Shown here piece by piece: positions 20,492 through 30,724 of a stretch of 64,000 nucleotides of DNA; position 1 is the stretch's first letter, and every line of letters begins with the position of its first letter. A program made the position numbers and the translations under genes. Below the pieces are notes generated by a model. It saw only the letters and a list, made by a program, of their open reading frames with translations. It was not told the DNA's origin and ran no database searches. The stretch is taken from the NCBI GenBank assembly GCA_963733055.1, contig CAVTBR010000003.1:576001-640000 (forward strand). Reading direction: 5' to 3'. Source of the DNA: Candidatus Bathyarchaeota archaeon. GTDB lineage: Archaea; Thermoproteota; Bathyarchaeia; 40CM-2-53-6.

Positions 20492-23146
20492 CTATAGATT
20501 TTCTTTGGATTTGACCGACTTCTCTCGAGCAACCGCTTGAGCCGCAACGAGACGAGCTATTGGTACGCGGTACGGTGAACAACTCACATAATCAAGCCGT
20601 AACTGGTGGCAGAATTCAACCGAGCTAGGTTCTCCTCCGTGTTCTCCGCATATTCCCACCTTAAGTTTTGGATTGCTGCGTCGGCCTGCTTCGGTGGCCA
20701 TTTGCATTAGTTTTCCCACTCCCTTCCGGTCCAAAACCTCAAACGGGTCAACCTTGAGTATCCCATTGTCGGTGTAGTCCTTCAGGAACTTCCCCTCCGC
20801 ATCGTCGCGGCTGTAGGCGAAAGTGGCTTGGGTAAGGTCGTTCGTGCCAAATGAGAAGAAGTCGGCGTATTGTGCGATTTCTTCAGCGGTTAAGGCAGCC
20901 CTGGGAACTTCTATCATCGTACCGATTTTATAATCGACCTTGGTGTGGGTGCTCTCCATTACTTTTTCAGCCGTCTGAACTATTCTTGTTCTGAGAAAGC
21001 GGAGCTCGTTCGCTTCTCCGACCAGAGGCAGCATTATTTCTACGTGAACGTTGACTCCTTCCTTAAGTAACTCAGATGCAGCCTCGAAGATCGCTTTAGT
21101 CTGCATTTCGTAAATCTCAGGGTGACTGATTGCTAATCTACAGCCCCGATGCCCCAGCATTGGATTGTGTTCGCTCAACGTAATCACCTTCTTTAGCATT
21201 CGTTCTTTTGAATCGAGCAGGCCTGGGTTTGTTCCTGTCGCTTTGAGCGAGGCGACATCGCCAACTAGCTCCTCAAACTTCGGCAGAAATTCATGCAATG
21301 GAAGATCTAACAACCTGATGGTCACGGGTAGGTCATGCATCTTTTGGAATATTTCTTTGAAATCTTTCTTCTGAAGTGGCCGGAGTTTTTCAAGCGCGTT
21401 AAGCCGATCTACGTCGCTGGCTGCAAGTATCATACTTTGGACAATAGGTAGACGGTCCTGCGCGTTGAACATACGCTCGGTTCTGCAGAGACCGATTCCG
21501 CCTGCGCCGAATTCCCGGCCTCTAGCTGCTCCTTCCGGTGTATCCGCGTTGGCTCGAACGCCGAGTGCACGTATTTCATCAGCCCAGCTTAGCAACTGTT
21601 GCGCGGAAGAGCCCAACTTTGGCTCTACAGTGGGAACGACACCGAGCAGGACGTTTCCTGTTGTCCCGTCTATGGTTATGATGTCATTCTTCTTGATCGT
21701 ATTTTCTCCCGAGCTAAAGCTTGTTGTGGACGGGTCAATCTTGATCTGCTCACAACCGACGACGGCAGGTTTTCCCATTCCACGAGCGACGACCGCAGCA
21801 TGAGAAGTCATTCCTCCCCTACTCGTGAGCACCCCCTTAGCGGCGATCATACCGTGAATGTCTTCGGGAGTTGTTTCTTCTCGAACGAGAATCACACTTT
21901 CTCCGTCCGCACCTAATTTATGCGCCTCGTCCGTGTCGAAGATGACTTTGCCCGTAGCTGCGCCGGGTGAGGCGGGTAACCCAGTTGCGATTGGTTTGGT
22001 CTGATAGTTCGGGTCGATCTGTCTATGAACGAGCTGCTCCAAATGAGAGGGAGACACTCGAAGGACGGACTCCTGTTTTGTGAGAAGTCCTTCGTTTACC
22101 AAGTCAACTGCAATTCTGACCGCTGAGGCCGCGGTTCGTTTCCCTGATCGAGTTTGGAGAATGAATAACTTGCCTTCGTCAATGGTGAATTCTATGTCTT
22201 GCATGTCCTTGAAGTGCCCTTCTAGGAGCCGGCAAACATCGAGAAGTTGTTGATACACGGATGGCATTTCTCGGTTCAGTTCAGAGATCGGTTTGGGGGT
22301 TCGGATACCTGCTACGACATCCTCACCCTGAGCGTTAAGCAGAAATTCCCCGAACAGCGCGGGCTCACCAGTCGATGGGTTTCTTGTGAAACAAACGCCT
22401 GTACCAGAATTCGGGCCTTTGTTTCCAAAGACCATTGTCTGAATATTCACAGCAGTGCCGAGAGTGTCGGGGATCTTGTTCGCCTGTCGATAAATGATCG
22501 CTCTCCTTCCGTTCCACGATTCGAAAACTGCACCGACGGCCATCTTGAGCTGGTCGGAAGGATTTTCTGGAAACCGCTTCTGGGTCGTTTGCTGCACGAG
22601 TTGTTTGAAATCATTCACCATCTGGACGAGTGCCTCTGAATCGAGTTCTACGTCGGACTTCACGTTTAGTCGTGCCTTTTGCTTAGTGATGATTGCTTCA
22701 AAATCCTCGGCTTTCGCTCCCATGACCACTTTCCCAAACATTTGTACAAAGCGTCTGTACGCGTCGTATGCAAACCGTTTGTTGTTAGTTTGGCGAATTA
22801 ATCCTTGAATGGTCTTGTCATTGAGACCGAGATTGAGAACAGTATCCATCATGCCGGGCATAGATATCGGTGCTCCTGAACGGACAGAGACAAGTAGCGG
22901 GTTCTCTCCATCTCCGAAGCGCCGCCCAGTCTTCTTTTCTAGCATGCTCATCTTCCTGAACATCTCTTCTTCGAGTCCCTCAGGGAACTTACCCTGAGAG
23001 CTGTAGTAATTGCATGCCTCGGTTGTCACGATTATTCCGGGCGGGACCGGCAAACCCAACCCGCTCATCTCAGCTAGATCGGCACCTTTTCCGCCCAGCA
23101 GGCTTCTGAGCTTAGAGTTGCCCTCCTCAAAGAGGTAAACGTACAT
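20492..23146 (-). CDS. ppdK: Pyruvate, phosphate dikinase
   Basis: LGGKGA, SMPGMMDT, GGMTSHAAVVARG, SFGTNDLTQ. Confidence 0.97.
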   Translation of the reverse strand: MYVYLFEEGNSKLRSLLGGKGADLAEMSGLGLPVPPGIIVTTEACNYYSSQGKFPEGLEEEMFRKMSMLEKKTGRRFGDGENPLLVSVRSGAPISMPGMMDTVLNLGLNDKTIQGLIRQTNNKRFAYDAYRRFVQMFGKVVMGAKAEDFEAIITKQKARLNVKSDVELDSEALVQMVNDFKQLVQQTTQKRFPENPSDQLKMAVGAVFESWNGRRAIIYRQANKIPDTLGTAVNIQTMVFGNKGPNSGTGVCFTRNPSTGEPALFGEFLLNAQGEDVVAGIRTPKPISELNREMPSVYQQLLDVCRLLEGHFKDMQDIEFTIDEGKLFILQTRSGKRTAASAVRIAVDLVNEGLLTKQESVLRVSPSHLEQLVHRQIDPNYQTKPIATGLPASPGAATGKVIFDTDEAHKLGADGESVILVREETTPEDIHGMIAAKGVLTSRGGMTSHAAVVARGMGKPAVVGCEQIKIDPSTTSFSSGENTIKKNDIITIDGTTGNVLLGVVPTVEPKLGSSAQQLLSWADEIRALGVRANADTPEGAARGREFGAGGIGLCRTERMFNAQDRLPIVQSMILAASDVDRLNALEKLRPLQKKDFKEIFQKMHDLPVTIRLLDLPLHEFLPKFEELVGDVASLKATGTNPGLLDSKERMLKKVITLSEHNPMLGHRGCRLAISHPEIYEMQTKAIFEAASELLKEGVNVHVEIMLPLVGEANELRFLRTRIVQTAEKVMESTHTKVDYKIGTMIEVPRAALTAEEIAQYADFFSFGTNDLTQATFAYSRDDAEGKFLKDYTDNGILKVDPFEVLDRKGVGKLMQMATEAGRRSNPKLKVGICGEHGGEPSSVEFCHQLRLDYVSCSPYRVPIARLVAAQAVAREKSVKSKENL

Positions 23147-23410
23147 CCCGATACTCCTACCTTAGATCGAATGCCCCCTCAATTCTCCATTATTAAGTCG
23201 GTTTCTCGTACCTAGAACTGCTAGTAAGCCGAATTAGATGGCACAGATCTGGATTTAGAGGAAATGAATCGGCAAGGTCTTCTTCTAGAATTCTGACTAT
23301 CACGTCAGCCTAGCGCCGGATAGCACGACTACCAACCGGTTACTCTGAAAATCGTCGAGATTATCCGCCTGATTAAGGCGGCTGATTGGGGTATGGCTAA
23401 GAAATGACGG

Positions 23411-23557
23411 TTAGTTACTTTCCCACCATACGTTTCTGCAGGACGCACATTTGATGAGGCTGAACTCGGGGGAAAACGGAGCCTCAGTTGGTGCATTCGA
23501 GTGTTCTCTTTGTCTAATGGTTAGGCCCCTATGGCCGCAGGCTGGGCAGTACTCCAT
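23411..23557 (-). CDS. 48-aa Zn-ribbon microprotein resembling the TFS/RpoM C-terminal ribbon, absent from ORF track
   Basis: MEYCPACGHRGLTIRQREHSNAPTEAPFSPEFSLIKCASCRNVWWESN*. GGTGA RBS 7 nt upstream. Confidence 0.7.
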   Translation of the reverse strand: MEYCPACGHRGLTIRQREHSNAPTEAPFSPEFSLIKCASCRNVWWESN

Positions 23558-23615
23558 CGCTGTTCACCATCCATAGTAGATAAGAGTAATACAATTAAAG
23601 CATATCTAGTAATAC

Positions 23616-24500
23616 TTGGAAGCCATGAAACGCCGATTCAGTATGACGCTCGACCCGTCTCTGATGCGCAAGATCGACCTTTTGGTAGACGGAACACGTT
23701 TCACCAACCGTTCCCAAACGGCTGAATTTCTACTCAAGTTAGGCATGGATCAGGTTCGTCCCGAGAGAACCGCGCTAATTCTATGCGGCGGCCTTGAACC
23801 TCGTATTAGACCGACGACCTTCGCCACGCCGAAGCCCCTCCTACCCATCGGATATCAACCGCTACTTGAGTACCAGATAGAGTATCTGAAACGGTTCGAA
23901 TTCGACCGCATAATTCTAGCCATTGGGTTTCTGCAAGAACAGATAGTTCGCTATTTGGACGAGCGTAAGCTTGGAGTTCGGTTACGGTACAGTTTCGAAA
24001 AAGAACCGCTCGACACCGGTGGCGCGATCAAAAGTGCCGAACTGATGATCAATTCTGATTTCCTAACCCTGAACGGAGACGTGATCTTTTCGGACCTAGA
24101 TCTTGACAAGCTGATCTATGCACACAAAAAATCGGATTCATTGGTAACCGTGGTCCTGGCGAAGTCAGAAACCCCCGCTCGGTTCGGCGCTGTGGAACTC
24201 GATGCCGAAAACCGAGTAGTGAGCTTCGTCGAGAAGCCACGTAAACAGCCTGCGGGGGAATCGTGGGTAAACGCAGGAGTGTACGTCATTCGACCCACAG
24301 TATTGGGCAAGATCACGAAAGCTAGGCGGGCCTCCCTAGAGTTGGACGTATTCCCGAAGTTAATGCGAGAAGGCAAGATATTCGGGTATAAGCATGAGGG
24401 CTACTGGGCCGATGTTGGAACACCCGAAGATTATCTTCGCGTTCAACGGGACATCCTCACTGGAGTGTTCAAACCCCAAGAGAGCATCCCAAGCGCTTAA
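23616..24500 (+). CDS. N-terminal RHH domain fused to a sugar-phosphate nucleotidyltransferase domain
   Basis: KRRFSMTLDPSLMRKID...NRSQTAEFLL, then ILCGGLEPRIRP..PKPLLPIG, LDTGGA, NGD, FVEKP, WADVGT. Confidence 0.85.
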   Translation: MEAMKRRFSMTLDPSLMRKIDLLVDGTRFTNRSQTAEFLLKLGMDQVRPERTALILCGGLEPRIRPTTFATPKPLLPIGYQPLLEYQIEYLKRFEFDRIILAIGFLQEQIVRYLDERKLGVRLRYSFEKEPLDTGGAIKSAELMINSDFLTLNGDVIFSDLDLDKLIYAHKKSDSLVTVVLAKSETPARFGAVELDAENRVVSFVEKPRKQPAGESWVNAGVYVIRPTVLGKITKARRASLELDVFPKLMREGKIFGYKHEGYWADVGTPEDYLRVQRDILTGVFKPQESIPSA

Positions 24501-24515
24501 CCGACTCGAACAGGG

Positions 24516-25652
24516 CTAAGATAAAAGGTCTAGCCGCCCTTTCAGATCCTTAACAGTGCGTAATATCTCATCGCGGTCGACGTGGCTCGAAAGTTCCTTT
24601 CGACCCTCGCCCTGGCTCGTGACACTCTTTGGCGCAGCCTCACCAACGAGCGCCTCAAACACTTTCTGCCAACCTTGTGGTGATGTGGCAGGCATTGGCA
24701 GATCAATCAAGGTGGCTGCTGCGAGCGTCCATGCTCTTGCAACGTTAGCTGGGTTGTATCCTCCTCCACCAAAGACGACCAGCCGACCCCCCGCAACTTC
24801 TTGCGCCAATTCGCGGGCGGTTTTCACGATTTCTACGTACGCGCTCGTAGTTAGTTGTAGGTGTGCGAGGAGGTCATTGGCGTGGGCGTCTGCTCCACAC
24901 TGAAGAAGCAACATTTCAGGGCGGTATTTTCGCACCGCGTTCGGGACGACTTCCCTGAACGATGACAAATATGGTTCATCATCCGTGAAGGGTGGCAGAG
25001 GCACATTGATCTTGTAACCCGCGCCTGCGCCCTCTCCAATCTCGTGCGTAAACCCTGTTCCCGGGAAAAGATGACGTCCATCCTCGTGAAAATCTATGTC
25101 CAAAACTCCGCCGTCGGAATAGAAACCGTACATGACTCCGTCCCCATGATGCGCATCAACATCCAGATAGAGGATCCTCTTGAGACCGTATTTCTTCTTG
25201 AGATACGCGATTGAGATGGCAGGGTCATTGAATATGCAGAAACCAGACGCGCGGCCTGGATGGGCGTGGTGCAGGCCTCCGGAAATGTTCATGGCATAAG
25301 TAACTTCACCCGACATCACCAATTCGACGGCTCTCAAGGACGCTCCTGTGGCGAGCGCCGACGCTTGATAACATCCTTTGAACGCAGGTGTATCACCGTT
25401 GTCAAGAAAACCAGTACCAGTCTTGTCCGCACTCTTCACTAGATCTAAGTAGTCTTGGTCATGGAAGAGTAGCAGTTCCTGATGGCTGGCCACGCGGGGC
25501 TCGACCACTTTAACCTTCGGAGATTTGAGTACACCAGTGGCCTGCATCAAATCATAAGTTAATTTTAGCCTTGTAGGCTTAAGCGGGTGCGTTGGGCCGA
25601 AGTCGTAATGTTGGAACGTGTCGCTGTAGACTATGCCGAGCGTTTCTGTCAG
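24516..25652 (-). CDS. Histone deacetylase family / AcuC; probable CTG start
   Basis: GGLHHA, GFCIFND, DVDAHHGDG, GGGGY. The conserved N-terminus YDFGPTHPLKPTRL extends the ORF to CTG at 25652. Confidence 0.9.
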   Translation of the reverse strand: MTETLGIVYSDTFQHYDFGPTHPLKPTRLKLTYDLMQATGVLKSPKVKVVEPRVASHQELLLFHDQDYLDLVKSADKTGTGFLDNGDTPAFKGCYQASALATGASLRAVELVMSGEVTYAMNISGGLHHAHPGRASGFCIFNDPAISIAYLKKKYGLKRILYLDVDAHHGDGVMYGFYSDGGVLDIDFHEDGRHLFPGTGFTHEIGEGAGAGYKINVPLPPFTDDEPYLSSFREVVPNAVRKYRPEMLLLQCGADAHANDLLAHLQLTTSAYVEIVKTARELAQEVAGGRLVVFGGGGYNPANVARAWTLAAATLIDLPMPATSPQGWQKVFEALVGEAAPKSVTSQGEGRKELSSHVDRDEILRTVKDLKGRLDLLS

Positions 25653-25799
25653 AGAAGGCCCCTCGAATGGTATGGGTTGTGATGACTCCGTTTGTTATGG
25701 ATTTGGGTCATACCATGTCATACATTCGAACTTCAACTTTCCCACGGTTCACCCAAGCTTAAATAATCCATACGTAATATCGATCGATGGTGTAAGAGG

Positions 25800-26147
25800 T
25801 TGCTGAACTCAACAAGTACGTTGAAAGTTTCGCTCACTGAAAAGGCGGCCGAGAAGGTCAAGACGGTTATAGAGAAACAGGGCAAACAAAATGCCGGATT
25901 ACGCCTTTACGTTTCGGGCGGAGGGTGTAGTGGTTTTCAGTACGGCTTAGCTGTCGATGAGAAGAACGACGGCGACCAGGTGATCGACTCACACGGCGTG
26001 ACCCTTCTGATCGACGAACAAAGCGCACAATACATTGACGGTTCCGAGGTTGACTACGTGGAAACGGTAATGGGCGAAGGATTCAAAGTCAACAACCCAA
26101 ACGCGACTGAGACGTGCGGCTGCGGCCACTCGTTTAAGCCCAAGTAA
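25800..26147 (+). CDS. A-type Fe-S carrier (IscA/HesB/ErpA)
   Basis: GGGCSGFQY, NPNA, CGCGHSF. Confidence 0.92.
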   Translation: MLNSTSTLKVSLTEKAAEKVKTVIEKQGKQNAGLRLYVSGGGCSGFQYGLAVDEKNDGDQVIDSHGVTLLIDEQSAQYIDGSEVDYVETVMGEGFKVNNPNATETCGCGHSFKPK

Positions 26148-26213
26148 TCCTCCGAAATCTAACCCGGTTTTAGAGAAACTCTCTACCGAGCCATTATGTC
26201 CAGCAGTGTGAGC

Positions 26214-27755
26214 CTAGCAGGGCTCTATTGTTGAGGGTGGCTTGGAAGAGATTGCGTATGTCACCCAGGTAACTCCCTGAACTTCGCCAGTAATTCGATT
26301 ACTAATCGTTTCTAACACATCGTTCGGAATCTTTGCCCAATCAGCCGTCATTCCATCTGACGACTTCATGATTCTGATCGTAACGAGGTGGCCTAGTTGT
26401 CGATGGTCGCCCAACACGCCGACTGCCATATCATCTCCCACAACCGCGAACGCTTGCCAGACCTCATCGTAAAACCCGCTCTTTGATAGCTCATCTTCAA
26501 CGATTGCACTGGCCTGACGACAAATCCGAAGCTTATCCTCCGTGACCTCGCCGATTACACGAACGGCCAACCCGGGGCCAGGAAACGGGTGTGTATGTAC
26601 AATGGAATCGGGCAAGCCCAATTCCTTCGCCACCTGGCGGACTTCGTCCTTGTATAGTGATCTGAGCGGTTCTATGATCTTGAATTTCGACCAGTCAGGT
26701 ACTCCTCCGACATTATGATGGGTTTTGATTCGTGAAGCGGGGCTCCCAGTTCCAGCGCTTTCGATTACGTCGGGATAAAGTGTACCTTGAGCTAACCACT
26801 CAAAGCTGCCAAGCTTGGTGCTCTCTTCCTCGAATACCCTGATGAATTCCGCACCAACGACCTTACGTTTCTCTTCTGGATCGTGAATCCCCTTAAGCCT
26901 CTGGAGAAATTGGTTTGATGCATCTACATATCGGACATTGATTCTCATGTCCTCACTTAAGGTCTTGAGAACTCGCTTCTCTTCGTTCTGCCTCAGAAGA
27001 CCATGATTGACGAAGATGCACGTGAGTCTACTCCCCACAGCCTTGTGAACCAGAACCGCAGCGGTTGTGGAGTCAACCCCTCCACTGACAGCACAGAGGA
27101 CACGCTGATCACCAACTCGTGCTTTAATCTCGTTAACTGCCGACTCAACAATAGAGTGGGGAGTCCAGGTCCTTTGGCAATTGCTTATCGCCGTAAAGTT
27201 CCGGATGATATCATTTCCATGTTCGGTATGTGAGACTTCAGGATGAAATTGAACACCGTACAGTTTTCGACTTCTATCCCGGATCGCCGCAGTCGGACAG
27301 TTCTCAGAGGTGGCGATGACATCGAATCCTTCAGGGAGAGCCTCCGCATAGTCGCCATGGCTCATCCACGATACGATTTGTTTGCCTAAACCTCGAAGGA
27401 GATCTGTGTCGTCCCTGATCTCAAGCTTAGTTTTTCCGTACTCGTGTCGCTTCGTCGCCTTGACATGCCCTCCTAACATTTGGACCATTACTTGGAGGCC
27501 ATAACAGATCCCAAGTACGGGTATGTCTAGGTTGAAAATCTGAGGATCACACTTTGGGGCATTGTCATCATAGACGCTCGTTGGGCCCCCGGAGAGAACT
27601 AACCCTTTCGCGTTTGCTTCCGTTAATTCCTGAGGTTTGACTGTGAAGGGGAAAAGGTCCGCATAAACTTGGCATTCCCTGATCCGCCGCGTTATTAGAT
27701 GGGAGTATTGGCCGCCAAAATCTAGAACTGCGATTAGTTCTTTGGGCATCGCCAA
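26214..27755 (-). CDS. guaA: GMP synthase (fused GATase and synthetase)
   Basis: DFGGQY, GICYG, QFHPEV, SGGVDS, IKTHHNVGG, KPPSTIE. Confidence 0.97.
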   Translation of the reverse strand: MAMPKELIAVLDFGGQYSHLITRRIRECQVYADLFPFTVKPQELTEANAKGLVLSGGPTSVYDDNAPKCDPQIFNLDIPVLGICYGLQVMVQMLGGHVKATKRHEYGKTKLEIRDDTDLLRGLGKQIVSWMSHGDYAEALPEGFDVIATSENCPTAAIRDRSRKLYGVQFHPEVSHTEHGNDIIRNFTAISNCQRTWTPHSIVESAVNEIKARVGDQRVLCAVSGGVDSTTAAVLVHKAVGSRLTCIFVNHGLLRQNEEKRVLKTLSEDMRINVRYVDASNQFLQRLKGIHDPEEKRKVVGAEFIRVFEEESTKLGSFEWLAQGTLYPDVIESAGTGSPASRIKTHHNVGGVPDWSKFKIIEPLRSLYKDEVRQVAKELGLPDSIVHTHPFPGPGLAVRVIGEVTEDKLRICRQASAIVEDELSKSGFYDEVWQAFAVVGDDMAVGVLGDHRQLGHLVTIRIMKSSDGMTADWAKIPNDVLETISNRITGEVQGVTWVTYAISSKPPSTIEPC

Positions 27756-27820
27756 TCAGTTATGGTTATGGTCTTGGTTAGATTAACGTTACCGGCCGCA
27801 AGGAAACGAGAAGAGAATAA

Positions 27821-28354
27821 CTAGCTTATTCTTTTCAGACCTTTTGGATACCTCAATGCGAGATCCGCGTAAGCGTCCTTGTACTTGCTCCAGAGTAACT
27901 TGTCAGAATCAGATACGTCTCGAATGACTTTTGCAGGTACTCCAACCGCGACCTTGCCGTCAGGTATCGATTGATTACTTGTAACTACCGCTCCCTCGCC
28001 AACGATGCTCCAAACGCCCACTGACCCGTAATCGCTAACAATCGCGCCCACTCCAATCACGGCATAATCCTTGATGGTACAGTTATGAAGCAATGCGCCG
28101 TGGCCGATCTGAACATGGTTCCCTACTAAGCATGTCTCGTTGATACGGGCGTGAAGTACACAATTCTCCTGAATGCTGGTTTTGTTGCCAATTATTATGG
28201 CCCCGTAATCGCCCCTGATTCTAGCGCCAGGGCCAATGAAGCATTGTTCCCCGATCTTTACGTCACCCAACACCTTCGCGTCTTCATCGACATAGGCATT
28301 CGAAGCGATCCAAGGCACGCGCCCCTCGAATTCATATATCGTCATTAAGACCAT
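27821..28354 (-). CDS. Gamma-carbonic anhydrase family protein
   Basis: Hexapeptide repeats, IRGD, QENCVLH, GHGALLH. Confidence 0.9.
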   Translation of the reverse strand: MVLMTIYEFEGRVPWIASNAYVDEDAKVLGDVKIGEQCFIGPGARIRGDYGAIIIGNKTSIQENCVLHARINETCLVGNHVQIGHGALLHNCTIKDYAVIGVGAIVSDYGSVGVWSIVGEGAVVTSNQSIPDGKVAVGVPAKVIRDVSDSDKLLWSKYKDAYADLALRYPKGLKRIS

Positions 28355-28446
28355 CCGAGATACTTTTTTACACGATCAATGCAACGTGCTGCAACACCCT
28401 CTTAACTGTGACCGACTTCAGGCGAATCAAGGTGGCATAGTCCTCA

Positions 28447-28926
28447 GTGTCCACAAAGGAAAACTTTCTCAGAGTCATGGAAATATTCAGTCGCAAAAAT
28501 GAAGTTGGAAGAACTGACGAGGGGTTCAATTTCTGTCCGACCTGCGGGGTCCCAGCTTCACAAACTCACACGCAAGAAGAGTCAGTGATCCATAATGTGG
28601 AAACTTGTCGGCTCGTGAACCTTGTTTTATCGGAATTAGGAGTTAGCCTCGGGCAAACAATTCGAGTTGACATCTACCCCGGGGCGGGACCGTTGAGGGG
28701 GTTCTACTTTACAGCCGATCCGTATAGCATCCACATCTCTGAAGAGGCCTATTCACAAATCCGAGAGTACATCATATTCCACGAAACCAAGCATTTGGTC
28801 GATTGTCTGACGATTGGACGAAGCGAGGAGGTGACACCCGATCACTTTGCGCGAGCACTATGCGTTAGGTATGGGTACACGTGCCCGCCTGAAAACCCTG
28901 TGACGCCTTGGTCTGCCTACGCGTAA
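28447..28926 (+). CDS. Hypothetical protein with CxxC and HExxH motifs
   Basis: FCPTCG and IIFHETKHLVD. Confidence 0.6.
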   Translation: MSTKENFLRVMEIFSRKNEVGRTDEGFNFCPTCGVPASQTHTQEESVIHNVETCRLVNLVLSELGVSLGQTIRVDIYPGAGPLRGFYFTADPYSIHISEEAYSQIREYIIFHETKHLVDCLTIGRSEEVTPDHFARALCVRYGYTCPPENPVTPWSAYA

Positions 28927-29324
28927 GCGTTTACTTTCGCTTCTAACTGGCTCTTCGGAAGCATCCCTACGACACGGTCCACTTCCTTACCTTCCTTCAT
29001 CACTAACAGGGTTGGTATTGCCATCACTCCGTATTTTTGGGCAGTCTCCGGATTTTCGTCGACGTTGAGTTTACCGAAAACGACTTTGCCACTGTATTCC
29101 TTCGCTAGTTCTTCAACTATCGGGGCAATTGCTCGGCATGGGGCACACCACGCCGCCCAGCAATCAACGACTATCAAGGGGTAGTTTTTCATGGTCTGCT
29201 CGAAGTTTCGATCGCTTACCACGATCGGCTTCTCAATTTTCGGGGTTGACAATTGATTTTTCAACTCTCGCATTCGTTTTTCTCGGATCTGCTCAAGCTC
29301 ATCCAAGACCTGGGCCTCGTCCAC
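28917..29324 (-). CDS. trxA: Thioredoxin with N-terminal helical extension
   Basis: WCAPC, LNVDEN, IPT. Confidence 0.92.
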   Translation of the reverse strand: MDEAQVLDELEQIREKRMRELKNQLSTPKIEKPIVVSDRNFEQTMKNYPLIVVDCWAAWCAPCRAIAPIVEELAKEYSGKVVFGKLNVDENPETAQKYGVMAIPTLLVMKEGKEVDRVVGMLPKSQLEAKVNAYA

Positions 29325-29466
29325 AATCGTTTGCGAAAAGTTCTCTCTCGTTATAAAGCTACCCTGCAACTCCCTCAACGGACAGCGTGAAATCTTCTCG
29401 CTCTGACAATCAGACATTGCTCTCGCCAAGCTTAAGAACCGATGAAAAGCTAAGACCCTTCGCGTT

Positions 29467-30624
29467 GTGACTGATTTGCCGTTGAACTTTGATTTCAGCG
29501 AAGAACAGGAACTCTTCCGCAGAACAGTTCGCGAGTTCGCGAAGCGGGAGATCGCCCCGAAGATTCGAGGCTACGAAAGAAAGAGAGAATTCCCGTGGGA
29601 CCTCTATAGAAAGATGGGGAGCGCCGGCCTTCTAGGCTTGAGGTTTCCGAGAGAATACGGCGGACAAGAAAGCGACGCAGTCACGATGGGTATCCTAGTC
29701 GAAGAGATTGCTCGCACGGGATGGCAAATTCCGCTCAGTGACATAATGGGAGAGATCCTCTCGCTCCATGGCCCGGAACCATTGAAGAAAGAGTGGCTTC
29801 CGGCAATGGCCAAAGGCGAACGAATGCTAGGCGTAGCAAATACAGAGCCATCAACAGGATCCGATGCCGCGGCGATTACTACTCGCGCAACGAAAAAGGG
29901 AGACAGCTATGTTCTAAACGGGGAAAAACAATTCATCACGGGAGTTAACGAATGCGGCGCATATTGCCTCTTAGCTAAGACTGATGCCGACAAAGGGGCT
30001 AGGGGCGTGAGCATGTTCTTCGTAGAGATGAACAGACCTGGAATCGAGAAATACGATTTCGACGCACTGGGATGGAGATTATTCTCGTTTGGAGGAATCG
30101 TGCTAAAAGACGTGACGATACCTGCATCAAATCTAATCGGCGAACAGAACCACGGATTCCACTACGTTATGGAAACTTTTGACCTAATGCGTTCTCTTAT
30201 CGCCGTTTGGTGTATTGGTTTAACGGAAAGTTCTATAGACGAAGGTATAGAGTATGCGAAACAACGAACAGCATTCGGGCGCCCGATAGCAAAATACGAA
30301 TCGGTACAATCCCGTATAGTGGAAGGTTATACGGAGCTTGAAGCAGCCCGGCTTCTTTCTTACAGAACCTTATGGCTGAAAGATAAGGGTCACAAGATCA
30401 CGAAGGATTCAGCCATGATTAAGTGGTATGTGCCCCAGCTGTGCTTTGGAATTGTGAATAATTGTCTTCAAAACCGCGGCGCCATCGGCTACACGACAGA
30501 ATGCATGGACGAGTATCGTCTGAGAGAGATTCGCGGAGCAATGATTGGGGACGGAACAACCGATATCAACAAAATAGTCGTCGCGCGGGAACTCCTCGGC
30601 AAGGAGTTCCTACCATACAGGTAA
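29467..30624 (+). CDS. Acyl-CoA dehydrogenase
   Basis: TEPSTGSD, LNGEKQFIT, RTAFGRPI, IGDGT. Confidence 0.92.
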   Translation: MTDLPLNFDFSEEQELFRRTVREFAKREIAPKIRGYERKREFPWDLYRKMGSAGLLGLRFPREYGGQESDAVTMGILVEEIARTGWQIPLSDIMGEILSLHGPEPLKKEWLPAMAKGERMLGVANTEPSTGSDAAAITTRATKKGDSYVLNGEKQFITGVNECGAYCLLAKTDADKGARGVSMFFVEMNRPGIEKYDFDALGWRLFSFGGIVLKDVTIPASNLIGEQNHGFHYVMETFDLMRSLIAVWCIGLTESSIDEGIEYAKQRTAFGRPIAKYESVQSRIVEGYTELEAARLLSYRTLWLKDKGHKITKDSAMIKWYVPQLCFGIVNNCLQNRGAIGYTTECMDEYRLREIRGAMIGDGTTDINKIVVARELLGKEFLPYR

Positions 30625-30724
30625 ATTCCTGAAGAGAATCACGGACTGCGGTTGGGGTAGAATTGTCGGAGCAAAATCTCTCGGCCCCTAGGCCACTGTA
30701 GTCACACGACTGCTTTTGTGGAGA

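Noticed and set aside
26214-27755. Fused guaA as evidence of horizontal transfer
   Set aside because: Fused GMP synthases occur in several archaeal lineages; no support without a phylogeny.
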